From Vulcanimicrobiota bacterium (GTDB lineage Bacteria > Vulcanimicrobiota > Xenobia > Xenobiales > JADMJV01): a stretch of DNA of 64,000 nt. Where the stretch lies: assembly GCA_050250895.1 (NCBI GenBank), contig JBFWNU010000002.1, positions 96,001 through 160,000 on the forward strand, in the 5' to 3' direction. A model generated the notes under the pieces. It ran no database searches, had not been told where the DNA came from, and worked only from the letters and a program-made list of their open reading frames with translations. Below, in pieces: positions 41,188 to 49,390 of the stretch. Numbering within the stretch: the first letter of the stretch is position 1; every line of letters starts with the position of its first letter. The position numbers and the translations under genes were made by a program.

Positions 41188-42009
41188 ATGAAACGATTGC
41201 TACTGGGGATCATCACCGCCGCCTGGCTGGTCTCACCAGCCCAGGCCTGGAACGCCGAAGGCCACCGGACTGTGGCCGAAGTGGCCGGGCCCGACCTGTC
41301 GCCCCGCGCCAGGGCCGAGATTCGCCTGCTCTTGCACGAGCATCCCGACCAGGACATCAGTCTGGCCGAGGCCGCTGTCTGGCCCGACAAGATCCGCGAC
41401 GACGAGCGCTACGACCATCCCGAGTGGCACTACACCAACATCCCCTTCTTCGACGGGGTGGCCCCTCGCCGTCTGCCCGACCGTGTCGACATTCGCTGGG
41501 CCATCAATCACAACACTCGCATCCTTAAAGACCGGCGAGCCAGTCGACGCCAGAAGGCCATCGCCCTGAGCTGGCTGGCCCACCTGATCGGCGACATCCA
41601 CCAGCCGCTGCACGCCACCAGTCGCTTCGCGCCCGAGACTCCCAACGGTGATAGGGGAGGAAACGACTACCTCATTCATCTGCGCCCTGACGACGAGGGG
41701 GTCAAGCTGCACAGCTATTGGGACGCCGCCGGCGGCCTCTATCTGCACGGAGCCAACAGCAGCCGGGTGGTCCACCTGGCTCGCGATTTTCGGGCCGAAC
41801 TGCCCCGGGTCGAGGCAGAGGTTGCCGTGGTCGACCCGCGCGCCTGGGCTGATGAAAGCCACGACCTGGCCACCGAGGTTGTCTATCACGACCTGCATCC
41901 CGGTGACCTGCTCTCGAACGACTACATCACCAGGGCTCGCCAGACGTCGAAAAAGCGGATGACGCTGGCCGGCTACCGCCTGGCCGATTTTCTCAATCGA
42001 GTCTTCTAG
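41188..42009 (+). CDS. S1/P1 nuclease, secreted
   Basis: Signal peptide, then WNAEGH; WPD; WHY; HLIGDIHQPLH; DRGGN; LHSYWD. Confidence 0.93.
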   Translation: MKRLLLGIITAAWLVSPAQAWNAEGHRTVAEVAGPDLSPRARAEIRLLLHEHPDQDISLAEAAVWPDKIRDDERYDHPEWHYTNIPFFDGVAPRRLPDRVDIRWAINHNTRILKDRRASRRQKAIALSWLAHLIGDIHQPLHATSRFAPETPNGDRGGNDYLIHLRPDDEGVKLHSYWDAAGGLYLHGANSSRVVHLARDFRAELPRVEAEVAVVDPRAWADESHDLATEVVYHDLHPGDLLSNDYITRARQTSKKRMTLAGYRLADFLNRVF

Positions 42010-42044
42010 AAGTCTTCCAGGCGAACCACCCGGGCCGCGAGCCC
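42006..42044 (-). pseudogene. Extreme 3' remnant of an Rpn gene
   Basis: Reads GLAARVVRLEDF*, compared with AAQVGRLEDF and AAQVARLEDF* in the other Rpn loci. Confidence 0.6.
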
Positions 42045-42084
42045 ACCTCTGGACCAGTCACCAGCCGGCTCGTGCCAACCGGCT

Positions 42085-42118
42085 AAAGAAAAAGACGCGA
42101 TCCGGAGACCGCGTCTTT
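42085..42118 (-). terminator. Intrinsic terminator, copy 1
   Basis: Minus strand AAAGACGCG-GTCTCCGGAT-CGCGTCTTT running into a TTTTTCTTT tract. Confidence 0.85.
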
Positions 42119-43241
42119 CGAAGCTCGCCTTCTTCCCAGTCCAGCCAGCCTGCTTCGCTTTTTCGAGTCGAACACTCTAACATTCGCCTTTGACGCTGGG
42201 GCGTCACGGTAAATCGAATGTTACCGTTGCCTGGCCGCCTTCCCACCTGCACCAGGCTCCCGTGGTCCGCCTAAGCCGGCTCTTGTCGCCAAGATTTTCT
42301 CCCTCGCGGGACCGTCTAGTGCGCCGGGCCTCGTTTCGAATGCCTTCAGACGAAACGCTGCGCATTGCTCTGGTCTGTATGCTACCCCTGCTCCATTTTT
42401 CACGCTCTCGCGTCGCGGTTTCTAGCAGTTCCGCCCCCGCTTTCGGCGCCTTCGCGCCCGGCCCGAGTTGCCACCCATCGGCTCCACCGCCGTGGGCTTT
42501 CAGGCGATGCCTCGCCTTCCGTTTTGTCCAGTCGGCTCTGGGCGATTCTGCGGTCTGATCGCAACCCCGAAGTCTTTGGCGAGAACTCTCATCCTCGCGC
42601 GGCCACCTTCGTTCCGCTGCCCGAGTGCCGTCCTGCTCTCGAGCCCCCACTTCTACCCATCGCCGGCGCTGCTCTCGAGATGTCTCTCGGTCAGCCTTGA
42701 CCCTCGCGGTTCCGACCCGGGCCGTGGGCCCTGTCACCCCAACTAGAGGGCGACTTCAGCATCTCTTTGGGTCGATGCACCCCTGCGCTCTTTGTTCACA
42801 GCCTGCCGGCTGTCGCGGCTTGAGTTCTCGCTTGCGCTCGAACCGTCGCAGTTCCGCTGTTGTGCGCGTCACCGCACTCCCCACATCACCGGGCGGGGCC
42901 GGACACCTTCAGGCAGGTGCTCCTCACTCTCTCTTGCCACCGTGGAGTGGCGCGGCCTCGAGTGTTCCGCTGCCCGGTCACCAACCGGACTTCTCGCTTG
43001 GCCTTGTCTGGCGGCACTTCCGGGTTACCCCGGTCGCCCTTTCCCCTCGCGGGTTCCAAAGCCGGCTATCGAGCCTGTCTTCGTCTTTCCAGTGAAGACC
43101 CTGGAGACGCTTGCTGGTGCATCGCTTGCGCGGTAGACCACGAAGGTTTGCGTCTAACCTCTAGCGCTTCGACCGTGACCCGTCGGGGACGCTAGGCCCC
43201 TCCGCCTCTCTCGCTTGGCGGGGCGACTCCGTGACTGGAGT
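42085..43241 (-). ncRNA. Candidate large (~1157 nt) structured non-coding RNA, copy 1
   Basis: Bounded by a sigma70-type promoter and an intrinsic terminator; no conserved ORF; purine-rich transcript strand; many GNRA-capped hairpins; near-identical second copy. Confidence 0.75.
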
Positions 43242-43247
43242 GAATGC

Positions 43248-43276
43248 AATCTATCCCATCTCGCTCGATCCGTCAA
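43248..43276 (-). promoter_or_regulatory. Sigma70-type promoter of the candidate RNA, copy 1
   Basis: -35 TTGACG (43276-43271), 17-bp spacer, -10 TAGATT (43253-43248). Confidence 0.8.
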
Positions 43277-43337
43277 CCCCTGATTTTTTCAGGCTTTGAA
43301 GCTCTCTAAGGCCAGTCCTGATCTGGGTTTTGCGTGT

Positions 43338-43380
43338 TTGTCCACCGGGTTATCCCCAATCGTGTGTCCGTTTGTTCACA
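43338..43380 (+). promoter_or_regulatory. Three DnaA-box-like 9-mers, copy 1
   Basis: TTGTCCACC (43338), TTATCCCCA (43350), TTGTTCACA (43372) versus consensus TTATCCACA. Confidence 0.5.
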
Positions 43381-43475
43381 AGCTGGCAACCCGATGTTTG
43401 CCTTCTGTTCGTCGTCGGCGTCGAGGCAAGGCGCCCTGGTCGCCAGGCTACTAGATCGGTCACGAAGAATGTCCG

Positions 43476-44459
43476 ATGATGCGGAACCTTCTCTTGCTGA
43501 CCTGCCTGCTGGCGCTGGCCGCCTGCAGCCGGCCCAGTTCACCCGTGGTCGAGACCCCCCGAGCAACCCCTTCGGCCGCTCCGGTGAAAGCTTTGCCCGC
43601 CTTCTCGGGCAAGCTCATCCGCGAGTTCGAGCACGATGGGTTTTACGATCAGTATCTGGCCTTCAGTCCCGATGGGAGGTATCTGCTCAGCTGGCTGCCC
43701 GAAAAGGTGACGGTCTTCGAGGTGGCCTCCGGCAAACCAACCGGAAAGTTGCCCGAGGGACATTTTCCCCTGGGTTTCTCGACCGACGGCAAGACTCTCA
43801 CCACTGGCGGGGACGGTGTGCTCGAGAGCTGGAAGCTGCCCTCGCTCGAGCCACTCGGTAAGACCAAGACCGTCAAGCAGACGGGCGCTGATGGTTTTCG
43901 CCTGGTCGAGTGGAAGAGCGGCAAGAAGTCGCTGCTGGCCGCGGGAGGGCGGGTGATGGCCTGGCCTTCGGTGGCTAAGGACTACCCCGTGAGCCCCTAC
44001 AGTGTCTACTACTCGAGCGGGTCAAACCTGCTCGCCTTTTCGAACGGCCAGGCGGCCACCGTGCTGGATCCTGCTCACGAGGAGCAGGCCTGGGACACGC
44101 CCGCCCTGGGTCGCAGCGTCACCAGTCTGGCCGTAAGCCACGACGGCAAACTGCTGGTCTCGGGCAGCATGGACGGCTATGTCAGTGTGGTCGACATTCC
44201 GTCGCGCCAGCTGCTCGCTGCCGACGGCGTGCCTGGAGAAATTCGCTGTCTGACGCTTGCGTCCGACAATCGCACCATCGCGGTCGGCTGCGGTGACGGG
44301 ATGTCGGCGGTCGCGATCCTCGATGCCGCAAGCCTGAGGCCGGTGGGCGTCGTCAAGCCGGGCCTGTCCAACACCTGGGCGCTAGCCATCAGCCCTGATG
44401 GCAAGACCCTGGCCACCGGCAGCGATGATGGCAAAATTCGCCTCTGGCAGCTGTATTAA
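43476..44459 (+). CDS. WD40 repeat lipoprotein
   Basis: LLALAAC lipobox; repeated AFSPDG / AVSHDGKLLVSGSMDG / ISPDGKTLATGSDDGKIRLW. Confidence 0.9.
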   Translation: MMRNLLLLTCLLALAACSRPSSPVVETPRATPSAAPVKALPAFSGKLIREFEHDGFYDQYLAFSPDGRYLLSWLPEKVTVFEVASGKPTGKLPEGHFPLGFSTDGKTLTTGGDGVLESWKLPSLEPLGKTKTVKQTGADGFRLVEWKSGKKSLLAAGGRVMAWPSVAKDYPVSPYSVYYSSGSNLLAFSNGQAATVLDPAHEEQAWDTPALGRSVTSLAVSHDGKLLVSGSMDGYVSVVDIPSRQLLAADGVPGEIRCLTLASDNRTIAVGCGDGMSAVAILDAASLRPVGVVKPGLSNTWALAISPDGKTLATGSDDGKIRLWQLY

Positions 44460-45633
44460 AGCAAGAAGTCTTCCAGGCGGCCCACCTGGGCCGCTTTGAG
44501 GGCTAACTGCCGGAGTTCCTCCAGGTCGTTGAGTTTAGCCAGACTTGCTTCGAGTTCGGCTGGTAATTCGCCAAATCGCGAGGACAGCAACGACTTGACC
44601 ATCCAGCGAGAGTTCTCGATCTGACCTTGCTCCAGTCCAACCTGACGGCCTTGCTCGAGTCCAACCTGACGGCCTTGCTCAAGTCCAACCTGACGGCCTT
44701 GCTCGAGTCCAACCTGGCGACCCTGCTCGAGGCCTTCCTGACGGCCTTGTTCCAGGCCCTTCTCGATACCCATCTGTTCGAACGAATGAATGTAGGGCAC
44801 GGCGTCCTCCTTTTCATACTCTGCCAGCTTCTGGGCAAATTGTAAAGAGTAGGGCGGTGGCAGGGTCATCATCCAATCCAATAACCCGGCTAGCTTTAGA
44901 ATGTCGGCTCGGCTGAGCCCTCGATGAAACAACCCACGATGCAAGCGGGCCTTGATATCGACCCGGCGGCGATACTTGCCCTGAGTCGCCTGCGTCCATA
45001 GGTGGAATGACACGAAGGCCGCGAAAGGGTTCGGGTGTTCTTCGAGCTCGGCCAGGCGCGGCCGCAGGTCGAGCAGCTTGACGGTGGGGAAGTGGAACTC
45101 CAGCCGGCAGCCGAAGCGATCGCGCATGAAGCTCCGAGGCCTCCAGGTCGGCGAGGTGTCGCCCAGGATGGCCAGCGAACAGAGATCTTCTCCGAAGCGA
45201 TCAAAGACCCGATAGTTGTAGATGTAGACCCGGCGGGCGAAGTGGTCGTCGGTTTGGGCCTGGACTTCCACCTGGAAGTAGAACCAGCCTGGGCGACCGT
45301 CGAGCAGGCGCACCTTGAGCAGCAGGTCACACTCGCGCGGGCCCATTTCGGCCTCGCGGGTGATAGCCTGCAGCTCCTTATCGAGAGAGGTTACCGGCTC
45401 AGACCAGTCGACCGCACTGGCGATAGCCGGGAAGAAGAACTCCAGGAAGGGCTGGACCACCTTCGGGCGTCGGCCCGGCCGCGGCTTGACGGGAACGGCG
45501 AGAACGCAAGATCAGAATAGGAGGCTGGGCAGGGTCGGGCGTTCTCGCCGCTCCCTTCGGCGCTTCGCGCCGCGCCGCTGGGCCGACTTTGGATGGCGTC
45601 TTTCCAGGGCGAATCATAGCAATCGTTCGGCAT
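44456..45633 (-). pseudogene. Rpn/YhgA-like gene disrupted by a palindromic insertion
   Basis: MPNDCYDSPWKDAIQ | 125 bp | KVVQPFLEFFFP; paralog 36525 reads DSPWKDALVDFFQPFLEFFFP contiguously; 24-bp repeats encode GLEQGRQV. Confidence 0.88.
45464..45588. mobile_element. Palindromic miniature element inserted in the Rpn gene
   Basis: Terminal IR GTCGGCCC/GGGCCGAC; inner IR CGGCGAGAACG/CGTTCTCGCCG; family motifs CGCGGCTTGACGGGAA and CGCGCCGCGCCGCTGGG. Confidence 0.88.
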
Positions 45634-45741
45634 AGCCGTGAATGCTTCGGCGAGGCTCGAGACCGTCCCGTCGAGCGAATTGCTAACTTCCGTTTACTCC
45701 CGGTTCGAGGGCGAATGCAAAGAGCCGCGAACCTTCTCTCC

Positions 45742-47085
45742 ATGGCAAAGAGCGAGTTTCTGGCCTTGCAGCGGGCCGTCGGTCGGGTCGATTCGAGCGG
45801 AACCTTCACCGTCGCGGGCCATCAAGCGGCCTTCAAGCTGGGAGCTCACCAACTGCCCCGCTCGAGCGCCTGGATCCTCAAGCTGGTTCAGGCCGCCGTG
45901 GTGAGCGGAGCCGAGCAGATCCGAGTTCGACAGGGAGCGGTGGCCACCGAGATTCGCTTTCAGCCTGACGAACTGCCCGAACTCGCCCAGGTTCAGGCCG
46001 CTTTCGAGAAGCCGGCCGGGAAGCACTCGCGCTTTCTCACCCATCTGCTGGCCGGGCTTTTGTCGGCGGCCGTGGGTCAGGGCCGCCCCTTCACCCTTCG
46101 CCTGAGCCAGACCGACCAGCAGACCGAGTTCGTCTGGACCGGCGAAGAGCTGTTGCAAAGCGCTCGGACCCGCCCGGCCAAGAACCTGGAGGTCTTCATC
46201 GGAGTAGCCCGAGCGGTCGGAAATCCGGCTGCCCAGAACGCGGCCGAGGCCAAGGAGTTGCAAGAGCTGGCTCACGCTTGTCCGGCCGATCTGGTGCTCG
46301 ATGGGCGTCGTCTCGACCCGGTGGCTCTGACCCACCCTCGGCCGGCTCCCAAACTGGTCTCTCACTGGCCCTATCGTTTCTCTTCGAAAAACGGCATCGA
46401 GGCCTGGATCTATCTGGCCGTGGGCGGCCTCTCGGGTCAGGGCCTGCGGCTGGCTCCTAGCGTGGCCCGCTCGGCCCATCGTCGAGCCCTCTCCGACCGC
46501 CTCACCGATGCCCGACCGCTACTGGTGGCTCTGCCCGACGACCCCGATTGCCTGGCTCTGTTTAGATTGGATTACTTCTACGACCTGGGCCGCCAAAAGC
46601 CAATCCCTCGGGCCTCCACCTGCCGCTGGCTGGTCGATGGGGTGGTGGTGGACCAGCACGATTTGCCCCTCGATGAAAGTGGGGTGGCCCTGACGCTCTA
46701 CCTCGACGGTAGCGACCTGGCGACCGATCTGTCTGGCTTCGCCTTCCAGGGCGACACGGTCGACACGCGCAATCAGCGCATCGACCAGGCTGTCGAGCGG
46801 CTGCATCGCGAACTTCCCGAGCTTGGCTCACAGCTGGGCCGCAGCCCGACCCGACCCGGCTGGAAGTACACCATCCTTGGCTTCCTTTGGTGCCAGCTCT
46901 GGTTTAGCCCATTCTATTTGCTCGTCACGCCGCTGGCGTTGCCCCTGGTTCCTTACACCGCTGTGGCCACTCTGGCCGACCTGCGCTCGACCAAGCGCAC
47001 CCTGATCAGTCATCTCGCCGCGGCCCTGGAGCTTTTTCATCTAGGCCTCGGCCGTCGGCCGGCTGAGGCACTCTCCGCCGACTAA
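45742..47085 (+). CDS. Hypothetical protein with C-terminal TM helices (degenerate GHKL/HATPase-like N-terminus)
   Basis: DSSGTFTV...WILKLVQAAV..GA; hydrophobic C-terminus; start tentative. Confidence 0.65.
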   Translation: MAKSEFLALQRAVGRVDSSGTFTVAGHQAAFKLGAHQLPRSSAWILKLVQAAVVSGAEQIRVRQGAVATEIRFQPDELPELAQVQAAFEKPAGKHSRFLTHLLAGLLSAAVGQGRPFTLRLSQTDQQTEFVWTGEELLQSARTRPAKNLEVFIGVARAVGNPAAQNAAEAKELQELAHACPADLVLDGRRLDPVALTHPRPAPKLVSHWPYRFSSKNGIEAWIYLAVGGLSGQGLRLAPSVARSAHRRALSDRLTDARPLLVALPDDPDCLALFRLDYFYDLGRQKPIPRASTCRWLVDGVVVDQHDLPLDESGVALTLYLDGSDLATDLSGFAFQGDTVDTRNQRIDQAVERLHRELPELGSQLGRSPTRPGWKYTILGFLWCQLWFSPFYLLVTPLALPLVPYTAVATLADLRSTKRTLISHLAAALELFHLGLGRRPAEALSAD

Positions 47086-47119
47086 AAAGAAAAAGACGCG
47101 ATCCGAAGACCGCGTCTTT
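47084..47119 (-). terminator. Intrinsic terminator, copy 2
   Basis: Minus strand AAAGACGCG-GTCTTCGGAT-CGCGTCTTT running into TTTTTCTTTTT. Confidence 0.85.
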
Positions 47120-48238
47120 CATAGCTCGCCTTCTTCCCAGTCCGGCCAGCCTGCTTCGCTTATTCGAGTCGAACACTCTAACATTCGCATTCGACGCTGG
47201 GGCGTCACGGTAAATCGAATGTTACCGTTGCCTGGCCGCCTTCCCACCTGCACCAGGCTCCCGTGGTCCGCCTAAGCCGGCTCTTGTCGCCAAGATTTTC
47301 TCCCTCGCGGGACCGTCTAGTGCGCCGGGCCTCGTTTCGAATGCCTTCAGACGAAACGCTGCGCATTGCTCTGGTCTGTATGCTACCCCTGCTCCATTTT
47401 TCACGCTTTCGCGTCGCGGTTTCTAGCAGTTCCGCCCCCGCTTTCGGCGCCTTCGCGCCCGGCCCGAGTTGCCACCCACCGGCTCCACCGCCGTGGGCTT
47501 TCAGGCGATGCCTCGCCTCCCGTTTGTCCAGTCGGCTCTGAGCGATTCTGCGGTCTGATCGCAACCCCGAAGTCTTTGGCGAGAACTCTCGTCCTCGCGC
47601 GGCTGCCTTCGTTCCGCTACTCGAGTGCCGTCCTGCTCTCGAGCCCCCACTTCTACCCATCGCCGGCGCTGCTCTCGAGATGTCTCTCGGTCAGCCTTGA
47701 CCCTCGCGGTTCCGACCTGGGCCGTGGGCCCTATCACCCCAACTAGAGGGCGACTTCAGCATCTCTTTGGGTCGATGCACCCCTGCGCTCTTTGTTCACA
47801 GCCTGCCGGCTGTCACGGCTTGAGTTCTCGCTTGCGCTCGAACCGTCGCAGTTCCGCTTTGTGCGCGTCACCGCACTCCCCACATCACCGGGCGGGGCCG
47901 GACACCTTCAGGCAGGTGCTCCTCACTCTTTGACCACCGTGGAGTGGCGCGGAGTCGAGTGTTCCGCTGCCGGTCACCAACCGGACTTCTCGCTTGGCAT
48001 TGTCTGGCGGCACTTCCGGGTTGCCCCGGTCGCCCTTTCCCCTCGCGGGTTCCAAAGCATGGCCTTCGAGCCTGTCTTCGTCTTTCCAGTGAAGACCCTG
48101 GAGACGCTTGCTGGTGCATCGCTTGCGCGGTAGACCACGAAGGTTTGCGTCTAACCTCTAGCCCTTCGACCGTAGCCCGTCGGGGGTGCTAGACCCCACC
48201 GCCTCTCTCGCTTGGCGGGGCGACTCCGTGACTGGAGT
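47084..48238 (-). ncRNA. Candidate large (~1155 nt) structured non-coding RNA, copy 2
   Basis: Direct repeat of 42085-43241 with scattered substitutions and 1-2 nt indels; same promoter and terminator. Confidence 0.75.
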
Positions 48239-48244
48239 GAATGC

Positions 48245-48273
48245 AATCTAACCCATCTCGTCCGATTCGTCAA
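48245..48273 (-). promoter_or_regulatory. Sigma70-type promoter of the candidate RNA, copy 2
   Basis: -35 TTGACG (48273-48268), 17-bp spacer of different sequence from copy 1, -10 TAGATT (48250-48245). Confidence 0.8.
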
Positions 48274-48334
48274 CCCCTGATTTTTTCGGGCTTTGAAGCG
48301 TCTCAAAGCCAACCCCGAGCAGGGTCTTGCGAGT

Positions 48335-48377
48335 TTGTCCACCGGCTTATCCCCAGCAGCGTGTCGGTTTGTTCACA
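48335..48377 (+). promoter_or_regulatory. Three DnaA-box-like 9-mers, copy 2
   Basis: TTGTCCACC (48335), TTATCCCCA (48347), TTGTTCACA (48369); same spacing as copy 1. Confidence 0.5.
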
Positions 48378-48516
48378 ATCTGATAACCTGGTGTTTACAT
48401 TGCACGGTCGACTTGGTGAGTCGTCAATTAACCTGTTTGTGACGCCGGGCAGCTACCTTGAGCTCTATACTTGTGGTGGCCAAGTCTCTCTCACGAACCC
48501 AATGCAGGAGGAGCCC

Positions 48517-49302
48517 ATGAAGGTTGGCTCAATGAAGCGCCAACAGGCCATTGGTGCGCTCGAACGTCGTCAGCAGGCCGCTCTGTGTCAGGGAGATCAA
48601 GATCTCGCTACCCAGCTCTCGAAGGACCTGGTCTTCATCAAGAAGAGTCGCGGCGGCACGGTGCTCGACATGTATCGAGGGGCGGTTCGCCGCAGTCAGC
48701 GCGAGGATTGGGTGGCCCAGCACACCAGTCTTTGTGGCGCGGTCGGCGGGGCGACCCTCGGAACGACTGCCGGGGCCGTTATCGGCCAGGTGAGCGGCGG
48801 GACGGCCGTGCTCGGCGGTGTATTGGGTTGCCTCCTAGGGACGGCCTTTGGCGCCCTGGGTGGTCTGGCCTATAACGACTTTTATGACTGCCCGCATGTC
48901 GGTTCTGACATCGTGGCAGCTCTCGATCGCAACGCTTCGCTTTTGGCTAGCGAAGTCAGCCAGCCGACCCACCAGCTGCCCACCATCGCTCGCAGCGAGG
49001 TCGAAAAGCAGCTCAACAACGACAAACAACTTCTCTCTGACGAGGGCAAATTGGCCGAGACCATCCAGCTCGAGAACGCTCTCAACCGGTTTAACAGGCA
49101 CTCTGACATGAATCTGAGCGATCTGCTGATCTGGGCCCTGAGCGAGCGCAACTCTGCCACGGTAAAGTCGCTGGGCACGCTGCTGAGCCACGAGATGACC
49201 ACTGATGAGATCAAGCAGCTGATGGTCACCACCGAACCGGGCAGTCTGGAGTGGCTCGAAGACGAGATCAAGATCGGCGACCAGACTCTGCCCAGAGTCT
49301 AG
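48517..49302 (+). CDS. Hypothetical glycine-zipper membrane protein
   Basis: AGGAGG RBS before MKVGSMK; Gly-rich hydrophobic hairpin. Confidence 0.7.
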   Translation: MKVGSMKRQQAIGALERRQQAALCQGDQDLATQLSKDLVFIKKSRGGTVLDMYRGAVRRSQREDWVAQHTSLCGAVGGATLGTTAGAVIGQVSGGTAVLGGVLGCLLGTAFGALGGLAYNDFYDCPHVGSDIVAALDRNASLLASEVSQPTHQLPTIARSEVEKQLNNDKQLLSDEGKLAETIQLENALNRFNRHSDMNLSDLLIWALSERNSATVKSLGTLLSHEMTTDEIKQLMVTTEPGSLEWLEDEIKIGDQTLPRV

Positions 49303-49390
49303 ACGACTCGGCGTGGCCCGGGAAGCTGCCTGCGTTTGCCGGAGCGAATCGTGTTCGGGAGGAGTTTCGTTGTCCGCGCCTCTAACTTGA

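Noticed and set aside
42272-42992. RNase P RNA identity for the large RNA: minus-strand GAAGTCCGG (~42993-42985) and GACAAGAGCCGGCTTA (~42287-42272) resemble the two P4 strands
   Set aside because: They are ~700 nt apart, GAGGAAAGUCC is not exact, the 5' CCGG sits in a local hairpin, and the other conserved regions are not visible. Probably chance, but a cmsearch with the RNase P models would settle it.
42190-43195. Short ORFs within the duplicated region (and counterparts at 47205-48342)
   Set aside because: Most are broken or shifted by indels between the two copies; none has a recognisable domain or host-like codon bias.
42085-43241. Group I/II intron, rRNA fragment or IS element
   Set aside because: No interrupted host gene, no GUGYG start or domain V, no rRNA signature sequence, no transposase or terminal inverted repeats; it has its own promoter and terminator.
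43338-43380. Chromosomal origin (oriC)
   Set aside because: Only three imperfect boxes, no AT-rich unwinding element, and no dnaA/dnaN/gidA context.
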